A stretch of 64,000 bases of DNA from Arcobacteraceae bacterium (GTDB taxonomy: Bacteria; Campylobacterota; Campylobacteria; Campylobacterales; Arcobacteraceae), in assembly GCA_963662945.1 (NCBI GenBank), contig OY759974.1, positions 1,408,001 to 1,472,000 on the forward strand, given 5' to 3'. The notes under the pieces are model-generated. The model worked only from the letters and a program-made list of their open reading frames with translations. It ran no database searches and was not told the origin of the DNA. Shown here piece after piece: positions 12,532 to 23,907 of this stretch. A program made the translations under genes and the position numbers. Position 1 is the stretch's first letter, and each line of letters opens with the position of its first letter.

Positions 12532-12544
12532 AAATTATCTTTTT

Positions 12545-13564
12545 TTAGAAGTCATCAAAATCAATTGAACCCTTAGAATAGTTTACAACATTTCCTTCAA
12601 AGAAGTTTGTTCTTTGATCGTTGAATGAACTGTAACCATCTACCCAAGGAATCGGGTGTTTTACACCATATTCTGGTGAATAACCAACTGCTTCAAGTCT
12701 TTTATCTGCTAGATATTCAATATATTGTCGAATAATATTTTTTGTAAACCCTAGAATTTGTCCTTGAGTGATATAGTCTCCCCAGCTAGCTTCTAAATCA
12801 ACCGCTTTTCTAAACATTACTCTTACTTTTTCTTCTAACTCAGCTGTAAAAAGTTCTGGTCTTTCTTTTTTTGTACTATTGATAAGATTTTGGAATAAAA
12901 GAAGATGTGTTACTTCATCTCTTTGGATGAATTTAATCATTTGCGAAGAACCTAACATTTTTCCTGATTTCCCAAGTGCGTACATAGCTGCGAATCCAGC
13001 ATAGAAGTAAAGACCTTCAAGAATTTGGTTTGCAAACATAGCTAATATTATTTTTTCATCAGTGATATCACCACTTAAATTTTCATAAGTTCCTGCTATA
13101 AAATTGTTTTTTTCTTGAAGTTTAGCATCTGTTTTCCACATATCATAGATTAAATCTGTATTATCAGAGATTGACTCAACCATAACGGCATAAGATTTAC
13201 TATGATTTGCTTCTTCATATGATTGTCTTGAAAGACAAGCATTGATTTCTGGTGCTGTAATGTATGGGTTGATATTGTCCATCAAGTTGTTTGTTTGTAA
13301 AGAGTCCATAAAAATAAGTTGTGATAATACAAGGTCATACATTCTTTTTTCAGGAGGAGTAAGATATTTATAATCTTTTGCATCTTGAGTCATTTGAACC
13401 TCTTTTGGAAACCAAGTGTTTCCTTCCATTTGATCCCAAAGTCTCGTTGCCCATTCATATTTACATCTAGTAAAGTTAATCATACCATCTGGATTTCCAC
13501 CAAAGGTTCTTCTATCATTGAGATTTTCAGTTGATTTTGGGTTGTATATTATTTTTCTATCCAT
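12545..13564 (-). CDS. nrdB: Ribonucleotide-diphosphate reductase class Ia beta subunit
   Basis: Diiron ligands D (MDSLQ), EEANH, E (ILEG), RDEVTH; radical Tyr in HSKSY; C-terminal [13 protein letters not shown] at 13564 preferred over GTG at 13573. Confidence 0.96.
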   Translation of the reverse strand: MDRKIIYNPKSTENLNDRRTFGGNPDGMINFTRCKYEWATRLWDQMEGNTWFPKEVQMTQDAKDYKYLTPPEKRMYDLVLSQLIFMDSLQTNNLMDNINPYITAPEINACLSRQSYEEANHSKSYAVMVESISDNTDLIYDMWKTDAKLQEKNNFIAGTYENLSGDITDEKIILAMFANQILEGLYFYAGFAAMYALGKSGKMLGSSQMIKFIQRDEVTHLLLFQNLINSTKKERPELFTAELEEKVRVMFRKAVDLEASWGDYITQGQILGFTKNIIRQYIEYLADKRLEAVGYSPEYGVKHPIPWVDGYSSFNDQRTNFFEGNVVNYSKGSIDFDDF

Positions 13565-13618
13565 TTTTTTCACTCTTTTATTATATAAATATTTTGTAGT
13601 TATTGTTGTAGGTTTGTT

Positions 13619-16003
13619 TTATTGACAACCTACACACTCTTGACTTCTATCTGCAACATCGGCAACGGCTTCAGGTGATTGACTTCTTAGGTAGTATGTT
13701 GATTTTAATCCTAACTGCCAAGCTAATGTATATATCTCATGAAGATATTTTCCACTCGCTTTATCAAGTGCCATAAAGATATTTGTACTTTGCCCTTGAT
13801 CAATCCATTTTTGTCTAATTGCTGCTGCTTTTATGATATCTTTTTGTTCCACTTCATAAGCTGGTGTATAGTAATTCCAAGTATCAGGAGATAAATTTGG
13901 TACAACTACTGGAATTTGTCCACTTAAATTTTCTTCAAACCATTTTCTTTTGTAAACTGGCTCAATCGCTTGTGTTGTTCCTACAAGAATTGAGATTGAT
14001 GAAGTTGGTGCTATAGCCATAAGGTAACCATTTCTCATACCTTTTGTTTTTACTTTTTCTCTTAAAACTTCCCAGTCATATCCTGTATCAAATAAATCTC
14101 TTTGGATTAATGCATTTACAGCTGGTGTTGCATGATCCATAGGCATAATACCTTTTGACCATTTTGAACCTTCAAATGTAGGATAACTTCCTTTTTCTAC
14201 AGCTAAATTAGCAGAAGCATCAATAGCATTGTAACTAATAGCTTCCATAATTGAATCTATCTTTTTAAGGTGATCTTCACTTCCCCAAAGAAGTCCAGAT
14301 TCTGCAACCATTTGTGATTCCCCCATAACTCCAAGACCTATTGCTCTTGTTTTTAGGTTTGTTGCTTTTACTTTTCTAAGTGGGTAGAAGTTTAAATCTA
14401 TAACATTATCAAGCATTCTAATTGCTGTTGGAAGAACTCTTTCTATATCTTCTTTTGTATTGATTTTACTTAAATTTACTGATGCAAGATTACAAACAGC
14501 AGTATCTCCATCAATCTTTTCTTTTTCAACAATAAATATTTTTTTACCATTTAAGCTATCAAGAGCTGTGATTTTATTTGCTTTTTTTACTATTCCACTA
14601 TCTACAGTTACTTTATCTTCTTCTTCAAAAGTTAAAATCTCTCCATCTTCTAGTTCTATTTTTACTAAATAGTGATTTGGATTTGTATTTTGGAAAATTT
14701 CTGTACAAAGATTACTACTTCTAATAAATCCTGTATGATCATTTGGATTTGCTCTATTTGCATTGTCTTTAAAACATAAGAAAGGACTTCCTGATTCAAA
14801 ATATGAAGTAAGAATTTTTTTCCAAAGTGCTTTTGCTTTCATTTGTTCTTTTGTAATAGAGTCATCATTTTCATACTCTTCATATCTTTTTTCAAAAGCT
14901 TCACCATTTAATTCTGCTAAATCTTTTACTTCGTAAGGATCAAACAAAGTCCAATGTCCATCTTCTAAAACTCTTTTCATAAATAAGTCATTAATCCAAA
15001 GTGCAGGGAATAAATCGTGTGCTCTTCTTCTTTCTTCTCCAGAGTTTTTCTTTAAATCAATGAAGTCTTCAATATCCATATGCCAAGGCTCTAGATATAC
15101 AGCAATAGCACCTTTTCTTGTCCCTAATTGATCAACTGCAATTGCAATGTCATTTGTGATTTTTAAAAATGGTATTGTTCCACCAGCAGCACTTTTGTGA
15201 CCATCGATAACACCACCTAAACTTCGGATTGAGTTCCAGTCCCAACCAATACCACCACCAAACTTAGATAATAGTGCCATCTCTTTATATCCATCAAAAA
15301 TACCTTCAATATTATCTGGACTTGAACCTATGTAACAAGAACTTAATTGGTGTCTATTTGTTCTTGCATTTGATAATGTTGGAGTCGCAAGCATTACTTC
15401 AAATTTTGAGATAACATCATAGAATTGTTTTGCTTTTTCTTGTTTGTCTTTTTCATTTTGTGCTAAAAACATAGCAATACCCATAAACATTTGTTGAGGC
15501 AATTCTATTGGTTCTTTATTGTTGTTTTTTAATAAGTATCTATCATAAAGAGTTTTCATTCCAAGATAATTAAAAAGATAATCTCTTGATGGGTCTAAGT
15601 AATCACTTAAATCATCTAAGTCATAACCATTTTCTAGTTCAGGAATAATTCTTCCAGCTTCTTGACCATATTTAATGTAGTCTTTTAAATGACAGTATGC
15701 ATTTCCTTTGATACCATGGGTTGCTTTTCCAACTTTATGGTATAAATCAAAAAGAAAAAGTCGAGCAGCAACAAAAGTCCAGTTTGGAACATCTATATCT
15801 ATCTTTTCAACAGCTGTTTTAATTAAAGCATCTTGAATATCAGATGAACTCATACCATCAATGAATTTGATTTGTGCATCGATCTCTAATTCACTTTGAC
15901 TAACACCATCTAAATCTTTTGTAGCTGAGATTGTGTGTTTTTGGATTTTAGTGATGTCTAAAACCTCTTGACGACCATTTCTTTTTTGTATCATTATTGC
16001 CAT
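13619..16003 (-). CDS. nrdA: Ribonucleotide-diphosphate reductase class Ia alpha subunit with ATP cone
   Basis: N-terminal IQKRNG ATP cone, LSSCY, SNLCTEI thiyl-radical Cys, CNLAS, APTSSIS, KSTYYLR, C-terminal CVGC; GGAG RBS before ATG 16003. Confidence 0.97.
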   Translation of the reverse strand: MAIMIQKRNGRQEVLDITKIQKHTISATKDLDGVSQSELEIDAQIKFIDGMSSSDIQDALIKTAVEKIDIDVPNWTFVAARLFLFDLYHKVGKATHGIKGNAYCHLKDYIKYGQEAGRIIPELENGYDLDDLSDYLDPSRDYLFNYLGMKTLYDRYLLKNNNKEPIELPQQMFMGIAMFLAQNEKDKQEKAKQFYDVISKFEVMLATPTLSNARTNRHQLSSCYIGSSPDNIEGIFDGYKEMALLSKFGGGIGWDWNSIRSLGGVIDGHKSAAGGTIPFLKITNDIAIAVDQLGTRKGAIAVYLEPWHMDIEDFIDLKKNSGEERRRAHDLFPALWINDLFMKRVLEDGHWTLFDPYEVKDLAELNGEAFEKRYEEYENDDSITKEQMKAKALWKKILTSYFESGSPFLCFKDNANRANPNDHTGFIRSSNLCTEIFQNTNPNHYLVKIELEDGEILTFEEEDKVTVDSGIVKKANKITALDSLNGKKIFIVEKEKIDGDTAVCNLASVNLSKINTKEDIERVLPTAIRMLDNVIDLNFYPLRKVKATNLKTRAIGLGVMGESQMVAESGLLWGSEDHLKKIDSIMEAISYNAIDASANLAVEKGSYPTFEGSKWSKGIMPMDHATPAVNALIQRDLFDTGYDWEVLREKVKTKGMRNGYLMAIAPTSSISILVGTTQAIEPVYKRKWFEENLSGQIPVVVPNLSPDTWNYYTPAYEVEQKDIIKAAAIRQKWIDQGQSTNIFMALDKASGKYLHEIYTLAWQLGLKSTYYLRSQSPEAVADVADRSQECVGCQ

Positions 16004-16221
16004 AAAAAACTCCATTCAATATATTCGAAAGCTATAGTAATAAACATTACTTATAATAAAAATTTGTTACTATAATTTTGTATTTTTTAAAGATTTATTT
16101 TACCTAAAGTTACTTAAATGAGACCCATTTTATAGATACAAAATATCTTCTATTTTTTTAACCATTTTTATATAAAAAATTAGATAAAATGTCCAAAATT
16201 ATGTAAATCAAAAGGATTATT

Positions 16222-17217
16222 ATGGCTGTAAAAGTTGCTATCAATGGTTTAGGAAGAATTGGAAGATGTGTGGCACGAATATGTGCTGACAGAGATGATG
16301 TAGAATTGGTTGCAGCCAATGCAAGTGGTAGTGAAGAGATGATTCAATACAACTTAAAATATGACTCAGTACATGGGAAAAGAGATGATATTAGAGTTGA
16401 AGATGGTTACATATATATTGGAAATGAAAAAGCAAAACTATTAAGTGAAAGAGATCCTGCTAAACTTGATTATGCAAGCTATGGGGTAGATGTAGTTTTA
16501 GAATGTACAGGGGCATTTTTAACAAAAGAGTCAGTACAACCATATTTAGATAATGGTATAAAAAAAGTTGTATTTAGTGCACCTGCAAAAGATGATACAG
16601 ATACTTTTGTAATGGGTGTAAATGAAAAAACTTATGCTGGACAGTCAATAGTATCAAATGCTTCTTGTACAACAAATGGACTAGCACCAGTGGCAAAAGT
16701 ACTTGATGATGCTTTTGGTATAGAAAAAGGTTTAATGACAACAATACATTCATATACAGGAAGTCAACCAATCCTTGATGCAAAACATAAAAACGACCCA
16801 AGAAAAGCACGAGCTGGAGCTACGAATTTAGTACCAAGTACAACAGGTGCAGCAAAAGCAATTGGAAAAGTTATGCCACATTTAAATGGTAAGTTAAATG
16901 GACAAGCTATAAGAGTACCAACACCAAATGTTTCAATGGTAGATTTAACAGTAACATTAAATAAAAATGTAACAGTAGAAGAAGTTTGTGAAGCTTTTAA
17001 AAAAGCAGAACAAGGTGAGTTAAAAGGTATTTTAGCAACTGATACAGAAGGAAGAGTAAGTAGTGATTTTAATGGTGAAGAGAACTCAACGGTAGTACCT
17101 CTTGATACTATTCAAGTAGTTGGAGATAATATGGTAAAAGTATTATCTTGGTATGACAATGAGTGGGGATATTCGTGTAGACTAGTAGATATGGGTGTAC
17201 ACGTAGCTACAAACTAA
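16222..17217 (+). CDS. gap: Type I glyceraldehyde-3-phosphate dehydrogenase
   Basis: INGLGRIGR, SNASCTTN, IHSYT, WYDNEWGY. Confidence 0.97.
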   Translation: MAVKVAINGLGRIGRCVARICADRDDVELVAANASGSEEMIQYNLKYDSVHGKRDDIRVEDGYIYIGNEKAKLLSERDPAKLDYASYGVDVVLECTGAFLTKESVQPYLDNGIKKVVFSAPAKDDTDTFVMGVNEKTYAGQSIVSNASCTTNGLAPVAKVLDDAFGIEKGLMTTIHSYTGSQPILDAKHKNDPRKARAGATNLVPSTTGAAKAIGKVMPHLNGKLNGQAIRVPTPNVSMVDLTVTLNKNVTVEEVCEAFKKAEQGELKGILATDTEGRVSSDFNGEENSTVVPLDTIQVVGDNMVKVLSWYDNEWGYSCRLVDMGVHVATN

Positions 17218-17239
17218 TTTATAAAAATTAAGGGAAAAA

Positions 17240-18439
17240 ATGAAACTTCAAGAGATAAAAAATATAGATATAGCTGGTAAAAAAGTATTTATAAGATGTG
17301 ATTTTAATGTACCAGTTGATGAATATCAAAATATTACAGATGATAGAAGAATAAAAAGTGCATTAAGTACAATTCGATATTGTATAGATAATGATTGTGC
17401 CATAATTATTGCAAGTCACTTTGGAAGACCAAAAGGTGGATTTGAAGAAAAATATAGTTTAAAACCTGTAAAACAAAGATTAAAAACTTTATTACAAATG
17501 GAAGATATTAAATTAGCACCAAGTATTGTTTGTGAAGAAACATTAAAAATGGCAAAAGAATTACAAAATGGTGAAATAATGTTTTTAGAAAATATGCGAT
17601 TTGAAGCTGGTGAGACTAAAAATGATCCAGAATTATCTAAAAAACTAGCTTCAATGGCAGATATTTATATCAATGATGCTTTTGGTGTATCGCATCGAGC
17701 ACATGCTTCTGTTGAAGGAATTGCACAACATTTTGATATTAATCATAAAGCTGCTGGATTTTTGTTAGCAACTGAGATAAAGTTTTTTTACCATATTATA
17801 GAGGAGCCAAAACGACCATTTGTAAGTATAGTAGGTGGTAGTAAAGTAAGTGGAAAACTTGAAGCATTATATAATCTTGTACCAAAAGTTGATAAAATCA
17901 TTATAGGTGGTGGTATGGCATTTACTTTCCTTAAAGCACTTGGATATGAAGTTGGAAACTCTTTAGTTGAAGATGATTTAATTCCAGAAGCATTAAAGAT
18001 TATGGAAGAAGCAAAAACACTAGGAGTAAAGTTTTATTTACCTGTGGATGTTATTGCAGCAGAAGCTTTTGATAGTGAGTCATTTGCAAAAGCTGTAACA
18101 GTACAAGAAATACCAAAAGGATGGATGGGATTAGATATCGGACCAGCATCAGCATTATTATTCTCACAAGCTCTAGAAGATGCACATACTATTCTTTGGA
18201 ATGGACCAATGGGTGTGTATGAAATGGATAAATTTGCAAAAGGAAGTGCAAAACTTTCTCATGCTGTTGCTAGTTCTTATGCTACAACAGTAGTTGGTGG
18301 TGGAGATACTGCTGATTTAGTTAGAAGAACAGGGGATGAAGAAGCGATGACATTTATCTCTACTGGTGGAGGAGCTTCTTTAGAACTCATAGAAGGAAAA
18401 GTGTTACCTGGCGTTAAAGCACTTATTATTGAAGAATAG
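17240..18439 (+). CDS. pgk: Phosphoglycerate kinase
   Basis: [44 protein letters not shown]. Confidence 0.98.
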   Translation: MKLQEIKNIDIAGKKVFIRCDFNVPVDEYQNITDDRRIKSALSTIRYCIDNDCAIIIASHFGRPKGGFEEKYSLKPVKQRLKTLLQMEDIKLAPSIVCEETLKMAKELQNGEIMFLENMRFEAGETKNDPELSKKLASMADIYINDAFGVSHRAHASVEGIAQHFDINHKAAGFLLATEIKFFYHIIEEPKRPFVSIVGGSKVSGKLEALYNLVPKVDKIIIGGGMAFTFLKALGYEVGNSLVEDDLIPEALKIMEEAKTLGVKFYLPVDVIAAEAFDSESFAKAVTVQEIPKGWMGLDIGPASALLFSQALEDAHTILWNGPMGVYEMDKFAKGSAKLSHAVASSYATTVVGGGDTADLVRRTGDEEAMTFISTGGGASLELIEGKVLPGVKALIIEE

Positions 18440-18448
18440 TTATATTTT

Positions 18449-19465
18449 ATGAATATATTGTTAAATGGTGTAGGAAGAGTTGGAAAGTCTATAGTAAGAA
18501 TTGTCAACACATTTGAAAACATCAATATAGTAGCAATAAATGAACTTAATTCAAATATTGAAAATATAGCTTATAGTATCAATTATGATTCAACTTATGG
18601 AAGATTTGAAGATAAATATATTGTGAAAGATAAATGTATTGAAAATTCTAAGAATCATATTGAGATACTAAATTTTACAAATTTAACTCAAATAGATTTT
18701 AAAAAATATAAAATTGATATTATTGTAGATGCAAGTGGAAGTAAACTAGATATAGATGAACTTAAAAGGTTACAATTACCTAAAATTCTTTTAACACATC
18801 CTAATAACAATGCCGATATAAATGTGATAGTTGGAGTAAATGAAGAAGAACTTCACAATCAATCGCATAAAATTATTTCAACAAGCTCTTGTAATGCAAC
18901 AGCACTTCTTCCTGTTTTAAAAATTATTGATGAATCTTTTTCTATAGAGTATGGAGATGTAAGTACGATTCATCCTTTGTTAAATCATCAAAAAACTTTG
19001 GATAGTGGTTGCATAGGAAGTAGTGATAGAAATGTAGCTTGTAATTTTGAATTTGGTAGAAGTGCGACACAAAATATTATACCAAGTCGTACTACAACTA
19101 TAGATGCCTGTTCTTATATCTTGCCACATATAAATGAAGAAAATATCTCTTCTAGTTCTTTTAGAGTTCCTACAGCAACAGTTGGAGCTATCAATGTTGT
19201 TTTAAAATTAAAAAATGAGATAACAAAAGAGCAATTATTAGAAGTTTTAGAACAGTATCAGGCTACACAAACTTCAAAAATTGTATTAAATAATTTTGAA
19301 CCATTAGTTTCAAGTGACTTTGCGCAACAAGAATATACCTCAATTATTGATCATAGATTTACACAAGTGAAAAAAAATCAAATGGTAAAGTTGGTTTTAT
19401 GGTATGATAATGAGTGGGGATATGCTTCTAAAGTAGTAGAAATCATCAATAAATTATCACTATAA
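18449..19465 (+). CDS. Divergent GAPDH/erythrose-4-phosphate dehydrogenase family protein
   Basis: NGVGRVGK, YDSTYGRF, STSSCNAT catalytic Cys, FRVPT, LVSSDF, WYDNEWGY. Confidence 0.88.
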   Translation: MNILLNGVGRVGKSIVRIVNTFENINIVAINELNSNIENIAYSINYDSTYGRFEDKYIVKDKCIENSKNHIEILNFTNLTQIDFKKYKIDIIVDASGSKLDIDELKRLQLPKILLTHPNNNADINVIVGVNEEELHNQSHKIISTSSCNATALLPVLKIIDESFSIEYGDVSTIHPLLNHQKTLDSGCIGSSDRNVACNFEFGRSATQNIIPSRTTTIDACSYILPHINEENISSSSFRVPTATVGAINVVLKLKNEITKEQLLEVLEQYQATQTSKIVLNNFEPLVSSDFAQQEYTSIIDHRFTQVKKNQMVKLVLWYDNEWGYASKVVEIINKLSL

Positions 19466-19564
19466 GTATAAGTAAATATTATTATAACTTTAGTTAAGCT
19501 TTGTTTAAGTTATATGAAAGTGGGACTATTCTATAGTTTTCTATATTAGAAAAAAGGATGGAAA

Positions 19565-20479
19565 ATGAAGAGAATAGTTTTGATGCTTTTAGTATCATTT
19601 GGAATATTATTAGCAAATGATGTACAAGTATTTAGTGTAGATAATAAAGATGGGAAAATAACTCCACAAACAATTGAGGCTGAATTTAAAAAGAATGGAT
19701 TTTATATTTCTGATAATAGAGATATGAATGGACCATTTATGAAACAGTTTGAACAAACAGATTTTAAAGTATATAATTTGTTTACATTGTACCACATTGA
19801 TTCGGTACATAATCTCGCAAAAAAATATCCTCGAATTGGATTGTTTACACCTATGAGTATGTCAATTTATACAAGAAAAGGTGAAACTACATTACATGTA
19901 TCGTCACTAACTGTAGATGCAATGGCAAAAATATCAGGAATACCAGCTTCAAATCCAGACTTACAAAGAATTGGAAAATTAGTAAAAGAGATTTTATCTA
20001 AAACTATGCCAAATGGTACATTTGAAACTTTTACATATAAAGTATCTTCAACACAAAAAGAGCTTATCACTAAAATGCATATTAAATTTGATCCAGAAAC
20101 TTGGAAAGATGATAGTGAGGGTATGATAGAAGACTTTGAATCAAGATTAGAAATGAATGGTTTTGTTCAAGCTGGTTTTACTGATATTAATTATGACTTT
20201 ATTAAAGCTGGAGATGATACATTTGATTTATTTGTATCAGAATCAATTTGTAAATTACCTGTAATTTATGCTGTTGCAAAAACAAGACCAGAAGCTGGAG
20301 CATTTGCACCTTGTAGTATCTCAATGTACAAGAAAAAAGGTGATGACACTATGTATGTAGAGTATCCAAATGTATATAATTGGATAGCGTCATTATCAAT
20401 TGCTGATAAAGAAGCGATAAAAGAACTTCTTGAAGCACAAGCTAAAATGGAAACAATACTTTACTCTATAAAAGAGTAG
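19565..20479 (+). CDS. Exported tandem DUF302-like domain protein
   Basis: Sec signal peptide; two internally similar halves (IGLFTPMSMSIY and AGAFAPCSISMY) typical of DUF302 folds. Confidence 0.7.
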   Translation: MKRIVLMLLVSFGILLANDVQVFSVDNKDGKITPQTIEAEFKKNGFYISDNRDMNGPFMKQFEQTDFKVYNLFTLYHIDSVHNLAKKYPRIGLFTPMSMSIYTRKGETTLHVSSLTVDAMAKISGIPASNPDLQRIGKLVKEILSKTMPNGTFETFTYKVSSTQKELITKMHIKFDPETWKDDSEGMIEDFESRLEMNGFVQAGFTDINYDFIKAGDDTFDLFVSESICKLPVIYAVAKTRPEAGAFAPCSISMYKKKGDDTMYVEYPNVYNWIASLSIADKEAIKELLEAQAKMETILYSIKE

Positions 20480-20551
20480 CAAATATATAAGACTTTTTAT
20501 ATCTTTATGATAGAATACGGCTTTAAAAATAATTTATAAAGGGTATTCATC

Positions 20552-21262
20552 ATGAAGATTATAGCAAGCAACTTTAAGACTAACCACACAAGAAGCAGTA
20601 CAAAATCTTTTGTAGATGCTATAAATCAATTTATTGAATCAAAACAAATAAAAAATGATGTATTTATCTTTCCCCCTGCAACAGCATTGGATACATTTGA
20701 TACAGTTACAAATCTAAAAATAGGTGTTCAAAATGCTTATTATACAAAAAATGGTTCTTTTACTGGGGAAATAGGTACAGAACAACTTGATGAATTTAAT
20801 ATAAAAACAATCCTTATTGGACATAGTGAAAGACGACACATCTTAAAAGAGTCTCAAAAAGATTTAACATTAAAATACAATTATTTTAAATCTTTAGGAT
20901 ATAGAATAATATATTGTGTAGGGGAACCTTTGGAAGTAAGAGAAAAAGGTCTTACAGAAACTTTAGGATATATTTGGGAACAATTTGAAGGTATTGACCT
21001 TAATTATGACAAACTTATTATTGCTTACGAACCAGTTTGGGCTATCGGTACAGGTGTTGTTGCAACTGCAGAAGAGATAGCACAAGTACACAAAAAGATA
21101 AAGAAAAAAATTACGCAACCATTATTATATGGAGGAAGTGTTAAACCAGAAAATATAGAAGAGATATTAAAAATTGATAATGTTGATGGTACGTTAATAG
21201 GAACAACATCTTGGGATGTTGAACAATTTAAAGAGATGATTGAAATTACAAATAAAAACTAA
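20552..21262 (+). CDS. tpiA: Triosephosphate isomerase
   Basis: SNFK, GSFTGE, IGHSERR, AYEPVWAIGTG, YGGSVK. Confidence 0.97.
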   Translation: MKIIASNFKTNHTRSSTKSFVDAINQFIESKQIKNDVFIFPPATALDTFDTVTNLKIGVQNAYYTKNGSFTGEIGTEQLDEFNIKTILIGHSERRHILKESQKDLTLKYNYFKSLGYRIIYCVGEPLEVREKGLTETLGYIWEQFEGIDLNYDKLIIAYEPVWAIGTGVVATAEEIAQVHKKIKKKITQPLLYGGSVKPENIEEILKIDNVDGTLIGTTSWDVEQFKEMIEITNKN

Positions 21263-22275
<1,013 letters not shown>

Positions 22276-22284
22276 GGAAATAGT

Positions 22285-23163
22285 ATGAAATTCTTATTTT
22301 TCTTATTTTTTATAACAACTTTTCTTTTTTCAGAAGTAAAGATTAACCTTTCTCATACAAATATAAAACACGGTACATCGTTTGCTGTGATACTTCAAAG
22401 TGATAAAAATTTATCACAAGCTCCAAATGTGATTTTCAAAGATAAAACTTATCAAATGTTTACTATCAATGGAAGTATTCAAAACTATGAGGTTTTTATC
22501 CCTGTTGATTATTATAATCCTAAGCAAAAAGAGAATGTACAAGTTTTGTATGAAGAAAATAGTGAGTTAATTAAAAAAAATCTCACTGTAAATATTGTTG
22601 ATGGAAAATATAGACAAAATGAAATCATAAAAGTTCCAAAAGGAAAAGTAACTTTATCTGATAAAAATAAGAAAAAAACTGAACAAGAGTATGAAAAAGT
22701 ATATAATCAAGTATATTCAGTGGTTACCTTATATGACTTAACAAATAGTTCAACATTTACACTTCCTATGGATAGTAAGATTACAAGTGCTTTTGGAAAT
22801 GCACGAGTTTATAATGGTGTGGCAAAAAGCTATCATACGGGAGTTGATTTTAGAGCAAGTGTTGGAGATGAGGTAAAGGCTTCAAATGATGGGAAAGTAG
22901 TCCTTACTATGGATAGATTTTATTTAGGAAATGTTATCTATATAGACCATGGTAGAGGGGCTTACACTTACTATTCTCATTTGAGTAAAATTTTAGTCAA
23001 AGAGGGAGATAGCGTTAAAAAAGGGCAAGTCATAGCCAAAAGTGGAAAAACAGGAAGAATCACAGGCCCTCATCTACACTACGCAGTACGACTTTATAAT
23101 ACTACAGTTGATCCTTTGCAATATACGAGTCTTTATAATGATATAGTGAAGAAATATCACTAA
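22285..23163 (+). CDS. M23 family metallopeptidase (peptidoglycan endopeptidase)
   Basis: Signal peptide; HTGVD (HxxxD), YSHL, TGPHLHY zinc motifs. Confidence 0.93.
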   Translation: MKFLFFLFFITTFLFSEVKINLSHTNIKHGTSFAVILQSDKNLSQAPNVIFKDKTYQMFTINGSIQNYEVFIPVDYYNPKQKENVQVLYEENSELIKKNLTVNIVDGKYRQNEIIKVPKGKVTLSDKNKKKTEQEYEKVYNQVYSVVTLYDLTNSSTFTLPMDSKITSAFGNARVYNGVAKSYHTGVDFRASVGDEVKASNDGKVVLTMDRFYLGNVIYIDHGRGAYTYYSHLSKILVKEGDSVKKGQVIAKSGKTGRITGPHLHYAVRLYNTTVDPLQYTSLYNDIVKKYH

Positions 23164-23310
23164 TACCTTTACAGTAAAATACTCATAAATAGCTAATTTA
23201 AAGTTGTTGTCATTGTTTTAATATATAACATTTTGATTTATGTTATTTATTGATTTTTAGGCTATCTTGTATATAATGTATGTTTAATAACTAGTTATAC
23301 AAGGAATAAC

Positions 23311-23907
23311 ATGAAACTTATATTTAAAACATTAATATTTTTAATCGCAATACTTTTATTATCAGGTTGTACAAGAAGTCTACCTCCTACTTTACCTGCT
23401 AATTATTATTATGAAGGTAGTTACATTGATATTCATTCTCCAAATGAAGAAGGTTGGTCTTTAATAGGAAAATCAACACAAGGAATTGTTTTTGGAAAAA
23501 AAGGTAAAGAAAAAAGTGATAGCGAAATTGCTCAAGTTCTTTTTTTCCCACTTCCTCAAGATACTAAAAGTGAAAATGAATTTTTGTCTTTAATTGAAGA
23601 AGAGTTTCACAAAAATACTAATAAAGATAGATTTAATATAATTGAATCTGATTTTCAATTATTTAATCAAAGAAAATATCCATGTGTTCAACTAAAAGCT
23701 TTACTTAATGACAAAAAAGCCAAAATCTCTAACTTTTCAACTGAATCATTAAAAATGAAGATTAAATCATTATATTGTAAAGACGCAAAAACAAAAAAAA
23801 GAGGATTCATGATTGGGTATTCGTACAGAGGAAAAACTATTGACCCTAATTTTAATGAGAAAGCAGATAGTTTTATAAGTGGTGTTGAGTTTCCTGAATA
23901 TAAGTAA
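23311..23907 (+). CDS. Hypothetical lipoprotein
   Basis: AAGGA RBS; signal peptide with lipobox LSGC; no family recognised. Confidence 0.85.
   Translation: MKLIFKTLIFLIAILLLSGCTRSLPPTLPANYYYEGSYIDIHSPNEEGWSLIGKSTQGIVFGKKGKEKSDSEIAQVLFFPLPQDTKSENEFLSLIEEEFHKNTNKDRFNIIESDFQLFNQRKYPCVQLKALLNDKKAKISNFSTESLKMKIKSLYCKDAKTKKRGFMIGYSYRGKTIDPNFNEKADSFISGVEFPEYK

Noticed and set aside
12545-13564. Non-canonical (class Ic or metal-free Ie) RNR beta subunit
   Set aside because: All carboxylate/His ligands and the radical Tyr are present
14500-14690. ~55-aa extra segment in NrdA between NLCTEI and CNLAS, considered as intein or intron
   Set aside because: No intein Cys/Ser start or His-Asn end, too short, frame uninterrupted; resembles a lineage-typical insertion
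23220-23251. Imperfect inverted repeat AATATATAACAT / ATGTTATTTATT upstream of the lipoprotein gene
   Set aside because: Almost entirely A/T; cannot be distinguished from chance without a genome-wide test
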